A DNA stretch of 64,000 nucleotides from Candidatus Poribacteria bacterium (GTDB lineage: Bacteria; Poribacteria; WGA-4E; WGA-3G). Below the pieces are notes generated by a model that worked only from the letters and a program-made list of their open reading frames with translations, made no database searches and was not told where the DNA came from. The stretch lies in NCBI GenBank assembly GCA_963665235.2, contig CAXXLX010000001.1:2080001-2144000 (forward strand), read 5' to 3'. Shown piece after piece: positions 29,626-39,946 of the stretch. Each line of letters starts with the position of its first letter. Position 1 is the first letter of the stretch. Position numbers and translations under genes: made by a program.

Positions 29626-29827
29626 ATAGGCCTCCTTCTGTAATTCTTCCGACAGTTATGAATAAAATTCATTAAATTTCTTCACTCGGCGCGCTTTAGA
29701 AGTCCGCGCCGCCACACTACAAAATAACTTCTGCCCAAAATTGTATAGGATATGTGATTACAAGTCAACGTTTTTTTCTTTTTTCCAAGGTCATTTTTTT
29801 CGTTGTTTATTCACCCTCCCCTTTTCT

Positions 29828-29887
29828 GTAGGAGCGTGCTATGCACGCGACCTCCGCCTCTTATGTAGGAGCGAGCTGTGCTCGCGA
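29828..29887 (+). repeat. Pair of GTAG-REPs
   Basis: GTAGGAGCGTGCTATGCACGCGA and GTAGGAGCGAGCTGTGCTCGCGA differ by a compensatory stem change. Confidence 0.65.
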
Positions 29888-30052
29888 TTTCCACCGCCAA
29901 TTCTATTTTTTGTATGTAACCGAAGTGCGGGGACATTCGAAAGACGTGTCTTGTGTCACGGGCTTTTTTCTTATTATGCACAACGATAAGCTATAACAGA
30001 GCAATTAACGCTTCGATGCAACTTGACAGATTTTAGCGGAGGATATAGAATT

Positions 30053-30469
30053 GTGAAAACGAAACTTTTAACAACGAACGTCAATAGAGCCGCCGTGGCT
30101 GCATTCGGAGGTCTCATCGTTAGCTCGCTCTGTGCGCTCTTTTTTGCGCAGCATGTGCTCCGCCTCAGTGTCGTCGCCTTTGCTATTTCGTTATGGGGGT
30201 TTCTGTCCCTAAAACATCAGGACACTCCGCAACCGAAAGGGCACCGCTGGCGCAAGATAGGACTCACCACGGCTCTGATTGTTTTGATGGGTGGGTGCCT
30301 GCTGTTTGGCACAATCAAACGGATTGCTGCGACACAGACAGACGTTCCCGCCTGTACGGGATGGACACACCCGGATTGTAATAAGGAGAGACCGGAAAAA
30401 TCACCGTGTCCATCTGTCAAATGCCCTCTATCGCAGCACCGCAGCGATATAAGGGATAGTCGAAAATAA
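30053..30469 (+). CDS. Hypothetical membrane protein with Cys-containing tail
   Basis: GTG start after GGAGG. Three hydrophobic segments. Confidence 0.5.
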   Translation: MKTKLLTTNVNRAAVAAFGGLIVSSLCALFFAQHVLRLSVVAFAISLWGFLSLKHQDTPQPKGHRWRKIGLTTALIVLMGGCLLFGTIKRIAATQTDVPACTGWTHPDCNKERPEKSPCPSVKCPLSQHRSDIRDSRK

Positions 30470-30481
30470 GGAGGATTTACT

Positions 30482-31378
30482 ATGCGTAGAAAAATGTATT
30501 GGGGACTTGCTGTCTTTATTGTTATCCTATTCACGGCTGGTGTTTTCCTGCTGACACAGCGGAACATCGACATGGAACCTGATGTTGTTTATGAGCCGCC
30601 GTCACCGGAAGTTATCCAAAAGATAAAGGATGACATCGCTGAACGGAACGCAGAGGAGGGTGCCAAACCCCCGCCACCTGGTGCCTCCCCGAATGGGCAT
30701 TGGCACGATGGTGTATGGCACAATGAACCGCATGCTGTAGATATTTCAAAGCCGGAATCTCTGCCCATCCGTTTTGGAACGCGCCTCCCCTTACTAGTGG
30801 AAACAGAAAACCCTGTGCTGCTGAAACCTATCCCATTACGAACAACCAATGGTGATGATATTGATATCGATTGGGTGTCGCTTTCCCCCGCAGAACTATC
30901 TGATACGATTGCGAAACTTCAACAAAGGGAAATATCCGCCCCCGACGGGTATCACTATACACGTAACATTGAAGGATTACTCATCTTGGATGAAAGCGGT
31001 TACCCTATTATCCATAAAGATGGGGAAGATTCTTTCTCTGTTGCCTGGAAGATGGCGTTCAAACCAACACGGGAACAACTATCGGAATACCAACAACTTG
31101 CAAGGCGGTATTATCAACTAGAAGGAGATATACCACCTTCACCCGAACTCGATCAAGTCAAAGCACGGATGGATTATATGGAACGCACATACGTCGGCCC
31201 GCTCCCTATTAGCTTTGGGAGTTCATTTTCTATCCCAGCTGAATCATTTTCTATCTCAGATGAAATGGCGAGGGAGGAATATAAAGCGGCAATGAAGCGT
31301 AATAGTGAAATCAATTTACAATTGAAAGCCGAAATTTTTAGACAGTTAGGCATTGAGTATCTATTAGAACTCTACTAG
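30482..31378 (+). CDS. Membrane-anchored hypothetical protein with PPPPG..GHWH..WH..PH motif
   Basis: AGGAGG RBS, N-terminal TM helix, His/Trp motif. Confidence 0.75.
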   Translation: MRRKMYWGLAVFIVILFTAGVFLLTQRNIDMEPDVVYEPPSPEVIQKIKDDIAERNAEEGAKPPPPGASPNGHWHDGVWHNEPHAVDISKPESLPIRFGTRLPLLVETENPVLLKPIPLRTTNGDDIDIDWVSLSPAELSDTIAKLQQREISAPDGYHYTRNIEGLLILDESGYPIIHKDGEDSFSVAWKMAFKPTREQLSEYQQLARRYYQLEGDIPPSPELDQVKARMDYMERTYVGPLPISFGSSFSIPAESFSISDEMAREEYKAAMKRNSEINLQLKAEIFRQLGIEYLLELY

Positions 31379-31404
31379 GCTCTTCAACATAAAGGAGAAC
31401 TGTT

Positions 31405-32964
31405 ATGAAAATGAAACAGATAGGATGGGATACACACTTACTCATAATCAGCGCACTGCTGATACTACTTTTGGGAACGGTCGTATGGGGAAAGATCGAA
31501 TTCTCCTCTGATGCGGGGTATACGGCACCTGTAATATCCGGTTCAGATCCGCTGCGAAAAAAAGTGGAGATTACCACAGGTGCTGCGGAGTGGCCGGATG
31601 GCAAAGAAGTATCCGTAAAGATTGCAGCCCTTGTAGGAGGACTGGGGATTGGACAGGGCACGTTGGCACCGGTCACTATACTTGGACAAACGTATGCGAC
31701 ATGGCAGGGTTCCCCCAAGGAAATCGGCACCAAAACCACTTCGGGCCGCTGGAAATATGAGGGTGATACCGTAACGGCAGTCAAGAGGGAATCCATACCC
31801 TCCAACAACCAACAGACTACTTTTGATTGGAGTGCTGAGGGCAGTGTGAAAATCACGCCTTATGTTTGGCAAGAGAGTGTCTCTATTGGTGGTGCTATCC
31901 GGTGGCCGTTTGCAATACAGGGGTCGTTTGGCACGACGGGAACCTGGGCGAGTAGTGCCAACCATTCTACCACCCGGAGCGCAGCGTCAGGAAAAAAGGG
32001 CACACACACAGTGAATGTCATCTATTACTGTTATGGTTGTAAAGCGGAAGGCGATACACAAGAAGCCATTGGTGGCAAAGCAGCACATGCAGTTAAAACT
32101 TGTTCTCGCGACGCGTGTGGCATATCATACCGCGAATGTGATACCACCGCCAAGGCGTTGCATTCAGAGTGTGAAGGGTGCAATACATACCGATGCGACA
32201 CTAGCACCGGTAAAACCCATGAACAAAAAACTTGTACTTCCGCTTACATTGGATCGACAACGTTGAGATATGGTTGCGGACAATCCTATTGGCGCTGTGC
32301 CAGCGACGCTTCAACACATACAGATTACAATCATTGTGCGGAAGGACATGAATATAAACTCTGCGTTGCAAGCAATCATACTCTTCAAGCTAGTTGTTCT
32401 AGGACAAATGGAAGCGGGAATACTTGCACTGTTACAGGGTTTCGGGAGTGCACGCCGCATACTCATCAATTCGGTAGCGGGAGTGGTAGTGGCAGCAACA
32501 CATGTACACTTTGTTCTGGCACAGGCTGTAGTACCTGCCAATCCGGTGGCCAAACCACCAACCCATCAGTTAATCCGAATGGAAACGGCACCCCTCTACC
32601 CAACGGCGGGCAGAGCACAACTCCCCCCTCAAATGGCGGATGTACGACAACTTTAGTTTGGTGCAAAAAGTACTATAGCAGCTATCATACCCAAAAGTGT
32701 CGGACCAAAGTGAGTAGCGAATATGAACATCGGACTACGTGTTCCGGCTGCTCTGTTCAATATTGGACATGCAATACTCCTAGTGCTAACGACGACAAAG
32801 AAAAGCATAGGCTCCGCACCTGCAAACGTTCTGTGTGTCTGCAGCAGTGGCGGCGGTGTGCGTATCAGCCAGAACAGATAGGCCAGTCTCCTTATTATAC
32901 GACATCTCCACGGTGTCAATGGATGAGAGATACGTCGCCTGCTCTGATTTACTGCTCAGAGTGA
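31405..32964 (+). CDS. Secreted Cys/His-rich protein
   Basis: AAGGAG RBS, signal peptide, repeated H..C..C..YW.C units in the C-terminal half. Confidence 0.75.
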   Translation: MKMKQIGWDTHLLIISALLILLLGTVVWGKIEFSSDAGYTAPVISGSDPLRKKVEITTGAAEWPDGKEVSVKIAALVGGLGIGQGTLAPVTILGQTYATWQGSPKEIGTKTTSGRWKYEGDTVTAVKRESIPSNNQQTTFDWSAEGSVKITPYVWQESVSIGGAIRWPFAIQGSFGTTGTWASSANHSTTRSAASGKKGTHTVNVIYYCYGCKAEGDTQEAIGGKAAHAVKTCSRDACGISYRECDTTAKALHSECEGCNTYRCDTSTGKTHEQKTCTSAYIGSTTLRYGCGQSYWRCASDASTHTDYNHCAEGHEYKLCVASNHTLQASCSRTNGSGNTCTVTGFRECTPHTHQFGSGSGSGSNTCTLCSGTGCSTCQSGGQTTNPSVNPNGNGTPLPNGGQSTTPPSNGGCTTTLVWCKKYYSSYHTQKCRTKVSSEYEHRTTCSGCSVQYWTCNTPSANDDKEKHRLRTCKRSVCLQQWRRCAYQPEQIGQSPYYTTSPRCQWMRDTSPALIYCSE

Positions 32965-33033
32965 TATCGTTAGCGTGTCCTTCCACTCCCAAAATAGGCA
33001 GGGACTTCGGTGCCTGCCTTTCTCACTATAGCC

Positions 33034-34083
33034 ATGAAAACACTACGTTTCAAACACCTATTTCCGCTTCTGCTGCTTATCGGCATTCTCTTCATAGCAT
33101 TTTGGATCCGTCTCAAAGGGGCAGACACGTTGCCGCCCGGTCAATTCCTTGAAAACGATGGGTACTTTTATTATTGGCAGGCACAAACTATCACGGAACA
33201 CGGCAAACTGCCACCCCGCGATATGCACCGATGGATGCCAATCGGCAGAGATAACAGCTTGCTGCTGTCGCTCTATCCTTATGTCGTGGCGTACACTTAT
33301 AAAGCGATAGCCCTCTTCTCCTCAAGCATCACGCTCTACCATGTCTGTCTCTACATGCCATCGGTCTGCTTTGTATTTGGTTTGGCTATTCTCTGTCTTT
33401 TCCTTTACAGCACTTTCGGTGCCTGGATTGCCAATACGACCGGTATCTTGCTTGCGACGCTGCCGAGTGCTATCGGACGCAGCACGGTGGGGTTCGGTGA
33501 TAGAGATATGTGGTGTCTGATGATTGCGCTCTGCGTTGTCATCCCCTACCTGATTGCGTTGCAAACAGACTCTCCCCGCAAACGCATCGGGTGGACACTT
33601 CTCAGCGGTGGATTTACTGTCATGGGTGGTCTCTCTTGGGAGGGGTTCGGTGCGTTCCTGCTGCTGATTTACATCTTGGAACTCTATCGATTTCTCACGT
33701 CTGAGCATGAAACCGGTCTGCTCTCTTACCTGCTGTGGGTGTGTTCATTCGTGCCTGTGCTGTATCTCCTCGCGCCTGCGTATCGGCGTGGCGATTTTTT
33801 CGCAACACATCTGTTTGCGTTTATGCTCATTCCGCCTGTAGCGATTTTGGTAAAACGAGAGGCACTTATTTTCCTAAAAACACACAAGGCAACACACCTA
33901 CTGCAAACCCCGCACGACCCGCAGGACTCTTTCCTGAACAGAAATCCGGATGGTATTCGATTCTTTAGACCGTTATATCCGGAGACGCGCTTTGCTGCTG
34001 CACCCATCAGACTCTATGAGATTCAGTATCCGCCGGACATCAAAGCGGATCTGAAGTATCTTGGTGTCGAGACGAAGGAATAA
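33034..34083 (+). CDS. STT3/AglB-like oligosaccharyltransferase (GT-C), apparently internally deleted
   Basis: ENDGYFYY, D..RW.P.G, RSTVGFGDRD and many TM helices. No WWDxG motif and only about 350 aa. Confidence 0.68.
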   Translation: MKTLRFKHLFPLLLLIGILFIAFWIRLKGADTLPPGQFLENDGYFYYWQAQTITEHGKLPPRDMHRWMPIGRDNSLLLSLYPYVVAYTYKAIALFSSSITLYHVCLYMPSVCFVFGLAILCLFLYSTFGAWIANTTGILLATLPSAIGRSTVGFGDRDMWCLMIALCVVIPYLIALQTDSPRKRIGWTLLSGGFTVMGGLSWEGFGAFLLLIYILELYRFLTSEHETGLLSYLLWVCSFVPVLYLLAPAYRRGDFFATHLFAFMLIPPVAILVKREALIFLKTHKATHLLQTPHDPQDSFLNRNPDGIRFFRPLYPETRFAAAPIRLYEIQYPPDIKADLKYLGVETKE

Positions 34084-34318
34084 ATCTGACAATGAGCTCA
34101 TCCTTTCCAGCTCTCTTTTGACAAAATATTTACCCACCTCTTGCAGAATCCTAACTCGATTTTTGAATGCACCTTGACATTTTTGTAACCGTTTTATTTA
34201 ATTCAGGACATGGTGTAGATTTTGAGGAGCGGGGAACCGTTTGCCCGTTTTTCGGGTTTTTACTCCCCTTTATCCTCCCAGTTAAATGACCCTGCCCCGG
34301 ACTCACTGTGAAATTCGC

Positions 34319-34347
34319 TTGACATCCCCCGCACAACATGCTATCAT
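34319..34347 (+). promoter_or_regulatory. Sigma70 promoter
   Basis: TTGACA-17-TATCAT with extended TG. Confidence 0.6.
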
Positions 34348-34382
34348 CCCCATAAAAAGGAACGTCACGAGAAATAAAAAAC

Positions 34383-35645
34383 ATGAACCAGCACACCGCT
34401 AACTACGACGAATTCATTAGAGTCGTCAACACACTCAAAGAGCTATCACAAACGATTAGCCGTGAACAACGCATCGGACTACTCCAGCAAGCCGTGCAGC
34501 AGTTTGGGCTCTCCGCAGCGGAAGCGGATGAGATTCTGAAAGACTCCGGACTAATTGTCGGTGAAAGTGTAAACTATTTTGAAGTGCTTGGGTTTTCCGT
34601 AGATGAATTTGAAAACCGAGATGAAACCTTCATTTTGACGCGTGTTGAGGCGGCACATAAAGAACATTACAGTGCCTCGTTACAAGCGGGTGGGCTTCCG
34701 CGTCCGGACGGTAGAACACAAGAACAGTGGCGAACCGTTCTAAATCAAGCACGGGATACGTTGAAAGACCCACAAAAACGGATGGAACATATTGCCATAC
34801 TTCAAACTGAAATAGCAGCGGAATTTCCTACACCTGTGCCTGAGGAATCTCCCACCGCCGAACAAACATCTTTAGATGATGCTGATGCGGTCAACAATAG
34901 GGGACTTGCGAAGCGTAACTTAGGACAACGCGTTGCGGCAATTGCGTATAACATCGCCATCCGGCTCAGACCTGATTTTGCCAATGCCTACTGCGGTCGG
35001 GGCCTTATGAAGGCGGAGTTGGGAGAACACATTGCTGCAATTTTGGATTATGACATCGCTATCGAACTCGAACCCGATTATGCCGATGCCTACTACAATC
35101 GTGGAAATGCAAAGGCGGAGTTAGGAGAACACGGTGCCGCGATTGCGGATTATGACATCGCCATCCGGCTCAGACCTGATAATTCCGATGCCTACTACAA
35201 TCGTGGAAATGCAAAGGCGGAGTTAGGAGAACACGGTGCCGCGATTGCGGATTATGACATCACTATTGAACTCGACCCTGATTATGCCAATGCATACTGC
35301 GCTAGAGGTGTTACGAAGGGGCAGTTGGGACAGTACTTTGCGGCAATTTCAGATTTTGACACCGCTATCCGACTCAAACGTGGTTTTGCCAATGCCTACT
35401 GCGGTCGGGGATTTGCGAAGGCGGAGTTAGGAGAACACATTGCTGCAATTTCGGATTATGACATCGCTATCCGACTCAGACCCGATTTTGCTGCTGCATA
35501 CTACAATCGTGGAAATGCAAAGGATAAGTTGGGACGTTCATCAGAAGCAAATCAGGATGTCCACACTGCCCTGAGACTCGCTAGGCAAGCAGGTGATATA
35601 ATGCTAACAGCTACAATTGAAGAGAGACTTCGTCCTCTCAATTAG
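34383..35645 (+). CDS. J-domain-like N-terminus plus about seven TPR repeats
   Basis: NYFEVLG..LNQARDTLKDPQKR with no HPD. 34-aa repeats AYYNRGNAKAELGEH. Confidence 0.85.
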   Translation: MNQHTANYDEFIRVVNTLKELSQTISREQRIGLLQQAVQQFGLSAAEADEILKDSGLIVGESVNYFEVLGFSVDEFENRDETFILTRVEAAHKEHYSASLQAGGLPRPDGRTQEQWRTVLNQARDTLKDPQKRMEHIAILQTEIAAEFPTPVPEESPTAEQTSLDDADAVNNRGLAKRNLGQRVAAIAYNIAIRLRPDFANAYCGRGLMKAELGEHIAAILDYDIAIELEPDYADAYYNRGNAKAELGEHGAAIADYDIAIRLRPDNSDAYYNRGNAKAELGEHGAAIADYDITIELDPDYANAYCARGVTKGQLGQYFAAISDFDTAIRLKRGFANAYCGRGFAKAELGEHIAAISDYDIAIRLRPDFAAAYYNRGNAKDKLGRSSEANQDVHTALRLARQAGDIMLTATIEERLRPLN

Positions 35646-35684
35646 CTGTCCAAATATTTGCGCTTGTAGTCCTTTCAAAAATTC

Positions 35685-35713
35685 TTGACTTTTGTCCTTA
35701 AATGTGATAAAAT
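35685..35713 (+). promoter_or_regulatory. Sigma70 promoter of cimA
   Basis: TTGACT-17-TAAAAT with extended TG. Confidence 0.6.
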
Positions 35714-35798
35714 TCCATGAACGGACATAAAAATAAACATACAATCCAAAAGGAGATGCTGAATTTTGGCGTAAACAGAAGAAACGTCAAAACGTGCT

Positions 35799-37394
35799 AT
35801 GAGAAGCAACATGGTTGAGTTTTACGATACAACACTCCGAGATGGCAGCCAAGCTGAAGGTGTAGCGTTTTCTGTTGAAGACAAACTTATCATCATAGAA
35901 GCACTAGACACATTGGGTATCCACTATATTGAGGCGGGGTACCCCGGTTCCAATCCAAAAGATATAGAATTATTCAAACGGGCAAAAAGTCTGCCGCTGA
36001 AAACAGCGAAGGTTGTGCCGTTCGGTAGCACAAGACGGCACAACAACACACCGGATGCTGACCCGAACTTGGCCGCTTTACTCGATACGGGCGCGAGAAC
36101 AGTTACAATCTTCGGTAAAAGTTGGCAGCTCCACGCCACAGATGTACTGCGGGTCACTGCCGAACAGAACTTGGAATTAATTGAGAGTTCGGTGCAATAT
36201 CTAGCAGAAAATGGACGCGAAGTAATTTATGATGCAGAACACTTCTTCGATGGATATGCGGATGATTCAGCCTACGCGATTGAAACACTACACGCAGCTG
36301 CTGCGGGAGGGGCGACATGCATCGTTCTGTGTGATACGAACGGCGGGAGATTGCCGTTAGAAATTCAGGCAGGGGTCAGAGCAGCGATGTCCGCTATAGA
36401 TTTACCTATCGGTATTCATGCCCACAATGACGCAGGAATGGGGGCAGCGAACTCGGTCTTAGCTGTGCAAGCGGGGGCAAGTCATGTACAGGGCACCTTC
36501 AACGGTTATGGTGAACGGTGTGGAAATGCGAATCTCGCCGCCATCATCCCCACAATTCAACTCAAGCTGGGGATAAAATGTGTCAGCGACACACAGCTGC
36601 AAAGGTTGACGAGTGTCTCCCGGTTAATCAGCGAACTTGCAAATCTTCCACACGATGAGCGGCAACCTTATGTGGGACGTTCCGCATTCGCACACAAAGG
36701 CGGACTACACACCGATGCTATCCGAAAAAACCGCCTCACTTATGAACACATCGTCCCCGAAAAAGTGGGCAACACGCAGCGGATTCTCGTCTCCGAGCAA
36801 GCCGGACGCGGCACTATCATGAAAAAAATTGAGAAGGAGTATCCAGCTTACGACAAGAACTCACCCCAGGTGCTGGCACTCTTCGAACGTCTCAAAGCAG
36901 CTGAACATGAGGGGTATCAGTACGAAGCCGCAGAGGCATCATTTGAACTCCTGACACATAAGGTCTTTAACGCGTACGAATCCTTTTTTGAACACATCGG
37001 TTTTCGCGTGATTGTTGAAAAATTCACAGACCTGTCAATGCGTTCGGAGGCAACGATTAAGGTTACGACACCCGATGGCGTAACAGCACACACCGCATCC
37101 GATGGCGATGGACCCGTCAACGCACTAGACAATGCACTCCGAAAAGCACTTGAACAGTTCTATCCCGCCTTGCAAACAGTCCGATTGATAGATTACAAGG
37201 TCCGCGTGTTAGATACGAAAGCGGGCACCGGTGCGAAGGTACGTGTCCTCATCGAGGCGAGCGATGGACAAATGAGCTGGCGAACTGTCGGCGTTTCAGA
37301 GAACATCATCTCCGCAAGTTGTGAGGCACTCATAGACAGCTTCGAATATAAACTCTATAAAGACAAGATGGCAGCGGAGGCGGTTCAAGCTTAA
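35799..37394 (+). CDS. cimA: Citramalate synthase (LeuA family)
   Basis: DTTLRDGSQAEG, GYPGSNPKD, YDAEHFFDGY, HAHND, GERCGNA, GDGPVNALD. Confidence 0.87.
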   Translation: MRSNMVEFYDTTLRDGSQAEGVAFSVEDKLIIIEALDTLGIHYIEAGYPGSNPKDIELFKRAKSLPLKTAKVVPFGSTRRHNNTPDADPNLAALLDTGARTVTIFGKSWQLHATDVLRVTAEQNLELIESSVQYLAENGREVIYDAEHFFDGYADDSAYAIETLHAAAAGGATCIVLCDTNGGRLPLEIQAGVRAAMSAIDLPIGIHAHNDAGMGAANSVLAVQAGASHVQGTFNGYGERCGNANLAAIIPTIQLKLGIKCVSDTQLQRLTSVSRLISELANLPHDERQPYVGRSAFAHKGGLHTDAIRKNRLTYEHIVPEKVGNTQRILVSEQAGRGTIMKKIEKEYPAYDKNSPQVLALFERLKAAEHEGYQYEAAEASFELLTHKVFNAYESFFEHIGFRVIVEKFTDLSMRSEATIKVTTPDGVTAHTASDGDGPVNALDNALRKALEQFYPALQTVRLIDYKVRVLDTKAGTGAKVRVLIEASDGQMSWRTVGVSENIISASCEALIDSFEYKLYKDKMAAEAVQA

Positions 37395-37400
37395 TTTTCC

Positions 37401-37429
37401 TTGACATTAAGTTTCTTAAATGTTATAAT
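37401..37429 (+). promoter_or_regulatory. Perfect consensus sigma70 promoter
   Basis: TTGACA-17-TATAAT with extended TG. Confidence 0.75.
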
Positions 37430-37462
37430 ATATATAACTATAACATTTATTGGAGGTCTAAT

Positions 37463-38038
37463 ATGGGAAATTTAGAGAAAATTGAGAAATCAGCGCAAAA
37501 ACTTATTGCGCTCTGTCAGAAAGAGAAGCCGACGAAGACTGACAAGGCGAAGATGCTCGGTTTACACACCGAAATCCTTAACGGTATCGAAAACCTTGCT
37601 GAATGTGAAATCTGTGGTGCAATCACGGAAGTAATTGTAACCATGACGTTGGTTGAAGTTACGGCGAAGCTGTGCAAGGAGTGCGGTCTTAAAGCCCTAG
37701 AATCGGGAAAAATTCAGAAAACAACACCCCGAAAACGCACCCGCACGACGAAAACTAAACCGAAAACAGCGAAAACTGAACCGGAACCGAAAGTGCCTAC
37801 ACCTGAAGAGGCGGTTGTGGAACCGGAATCGCCAGCGGCGTTGCATACCCGTATCGAAGAGGAGACCGGGATTAAGAAAACCGATGCCAAACGTTTACAC
37901 AAAATTGTCCAAGAGATTGCTACACCTATGAACTTGGAAAATACGCTGACCTATGTGAAGCGCGAGGTAGAGAACGCTAAACTGAAGCTGGATGCAATCG
38001 CTCTACAAAAGGCTGTCGAGATTTTGATTGCCGCTTAA
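37463..38038 (+). CDS. Hypothetical protein with CxxC..CxxC and Lys/Thr-rich linker
   Basis: GGAGG RBS. CEIC..CKEC. Confidence 0.72.
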   Translation: MGNLEKIEKSAQKLIALCQKEKPTKTDKAKMLGLHTEILNGIENLAECEICGAITEVIVTMTLVEVTAKLCKECGLKALESGKIQKTTPRKRTRTTKTKPKTAKTEPEPKVPTPEEAVVEPESPAALHTRIEEETGIKKTDAKRLHKIVQEIATPMNLENTLTYVKREVENAKLKLDAIALQKAVEILIAA

Positions 38039-39006
38039 CCGGTGGGTACGTCTTTTGCCCAATCGCGATGTGTTTGATACCACTCCACAAGGGCAGTGAT
38101 TCCTTGACGAAACGCAACCTGCGGCCGCCATCCTATAAGCTGTTCCGCTTTGCGGATGTCTGCCCACGTTGCCTGAACATCAGCGCGGTGAAACGGTTGA
38201 TACGACAGTGTCGCCGTTTTACCCACTATCTCCTCTATCAACCGAATTGTATCGATAAGCACAATCGGGCTATCCGAGCCGAGATTGATGACCGAATACC
38301 CAAGCGGTTTCAATCCTGCAATCACCCCCCGCGCAATATCTTCAACATAAGTATAATCGCGTGAGGATTGTTTACCGTCGCCGTAGACGGTAACCGGCCT
38401 GCCTTCGCTAATCCACTGAACGAAGCGGAACGCGCTCATATCCGGACGGCCTGCCGGCCCATAAACGGTAAAAAAACGGAAAATGGTCATATCCATGTCG
38501 TAGAGATGGTGATAAGCGTGGCAAAGTGCTTCCGCCCCTTTTTTTGAAGCCGCATAAGGGGACAGCGGGCCATCTGTGTTCGCCTGTTCACTGAACGGAA
38601 GCGGATTGTTCGCACCGTATAAACTTGACGTAGAAGCCAAAACAAATTTCTGGACTTCTGTCCTACGGGCATGTTCTAGGAGGTTTAGTGTGCCTGTCAC
38701 GTTTGTATCGAGATAATCCCACGGATTTTCAACAGATTTCCGAACGCCAGCACGCGCGGCGAGATTGATGACACCGTCATAAGGTTCGTTAAATATAGAA
38801 TCCAGGAAAACAGAATCACAAATATCGCCGTAGCGGAAATGAAACTCGGGGAGCATCTGAAGTTGTTCAAGCCGCCATCTCTTCAGGGTCACATCGTACG
38901 CACTATTTAAATTATCCACACCGATTACGGTATGCCCATCCGCTAACAGAAATTCAGTGACCTTCCACCCGATAAATCCGGCGCATCCCGTGATAAGATA
39001 CTTCAT
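38035..39006 (-). CDS. NAD-dependent nucleotide-sugar epimerase (UDP-glucuronate 4-epimerase-like)
   Basis: TGCAGFIG, LAARAGVR, YAASK, RFFTVYGPAGRPDM. Confidence 0.88.
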   Translation of the reverse strand: MKYLITGCAGFIGWKVTEFLLADGHTVIGVDNLNSAYDVTLKRWRLEQLQMLPEFHFRYGDICDSVFLDSIFNEPYDGVINLAARAGVRKSVENPWDYLDTNVTGTLNLLEHARRTEVQKFVLASTSSLYGANNPLPFSEQANTDGPLSPYAASKKGAEALCHAYHHLYDMDMTIFRFFTVYGPAGRPDMSAFRFVQWISEGRPVTVYGDGKQSSRDYTYVEDIARGVIAGLKPLGYSVINLGSDSPIVLIDTIRLIEEIVGKTATLSYQPFHRADVQATWADIRKAEQLIGWRPQVAFRQGITALVEWYQTHRDWAKDVPTG

Positions 39007-39941
39007 GCCAACCCTTCAATTCTCTCTACCGCTCGAATTGCCATATCTGTCTCAATTTCATATCCGATAAAGGCTCTGCCTTCAAGCCTTGCAGCGACAC
39101 CTGTTGAACCGGTGCCAGCGAATGAATCCAGCACTGTTGCCCGGGGGGCGGAGAAGATACGGATGAGATGCCGAAGCAAATCGACAGGCTTCGGGGTCAT
39201 GTGACCGTATCGGTCTTTCGGTTTTTTCGCTGGAATGACGGTGCCTGGGAATTGCGTTGCATTAATCAGCGGATTTTTGACATCGATTAAGCCGGTTTCC
39301 CACTTATCCCAATTATCCACAAAGGTGCCCTCTCTAGGGGCTTGTGCAAGAATTATCATCTCGCCTTGGGGCTTCAATTGCGGCGTTTTCCGTCCATCTA
39401 ACTTACGGAGGAGTCTCTCTTTCTCTTCTACAGAAAGATTCCGTTTTCGGACAAAATGCGTTTGAGAGAATGCTTTCGCCTGCCCCTCATATCGCCATAG
39501 TAACACATCTCGTATTTCAAACCCTGCATCTTCAAGTGCGATAGCGGTTCTATGTGACAGGCGATTTTGGCTAAAAACGAGACAAAATCCGCCAGGGCGA
39601 ATGACGCGCATCCATTCTTCAGCAATAGGGGCAAGAAATTTCTGTAACTCCTGTCCCTGCTCGCTGGAAAACTTCATACCTGTTGGCAGCGACCCAACAA
39701 CGCCAGCTTTCACACGCGCCGCTAACTTTTTCGTGTTCCACTCCGAACCCATCCCATCAATGAAATAGGGGGGGTCTGTTAGCACAAGCGAGACGGTATT
39801 CTCACCTATCTGCTTCATCCCGAGCCGGCAATCCACATTTTCTATATTTACCGGTAAACGTTCAGTTTCCGATAGCACTTGTTGATGTTTGTCGAGCAGC
39901 CCCGCGTCGGTGTTGAGAGGTATAGCGTCCTTGCTGTCCAT
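39003..39941 (-). CDS. N4/N6 DNA methyltransferase (beta class), no adjacent restriction endonuclease
   Basis: TDPPY precedes HMTPKP..VLDSFAGTGSTG. Confidence 0.88.
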   Translation of the reverse strand: MDSKDAIPLNTDAGLLDKHQQVLSETERLPVNIENVDCRLGMKQIGENTVSLVLTDPPYFIDGMGSEWNTKKLAARVKAGVVGSLPTGMKFSSEQGQELQKFLAPIAEEWMRVIRPGGFCLVFSQNRLSHRTAIALEDAGFEIRDVLLWRYEGQAKAFSQTHFVRKRNLSVEEKERLLRKLDGRKTPQLKPQGEMIILAQAPREGTFVDNWDKWETGLIDVKNPLINATQFPGTVIPAKKPKDRYGHMTPKPVDLLRHLIRIFSAPRATVLDSFAGTGSTGVAARLEGRAFIGYEIETDMAIRAVERIEGLA

Positions 39942-39946
39942 CTAAG

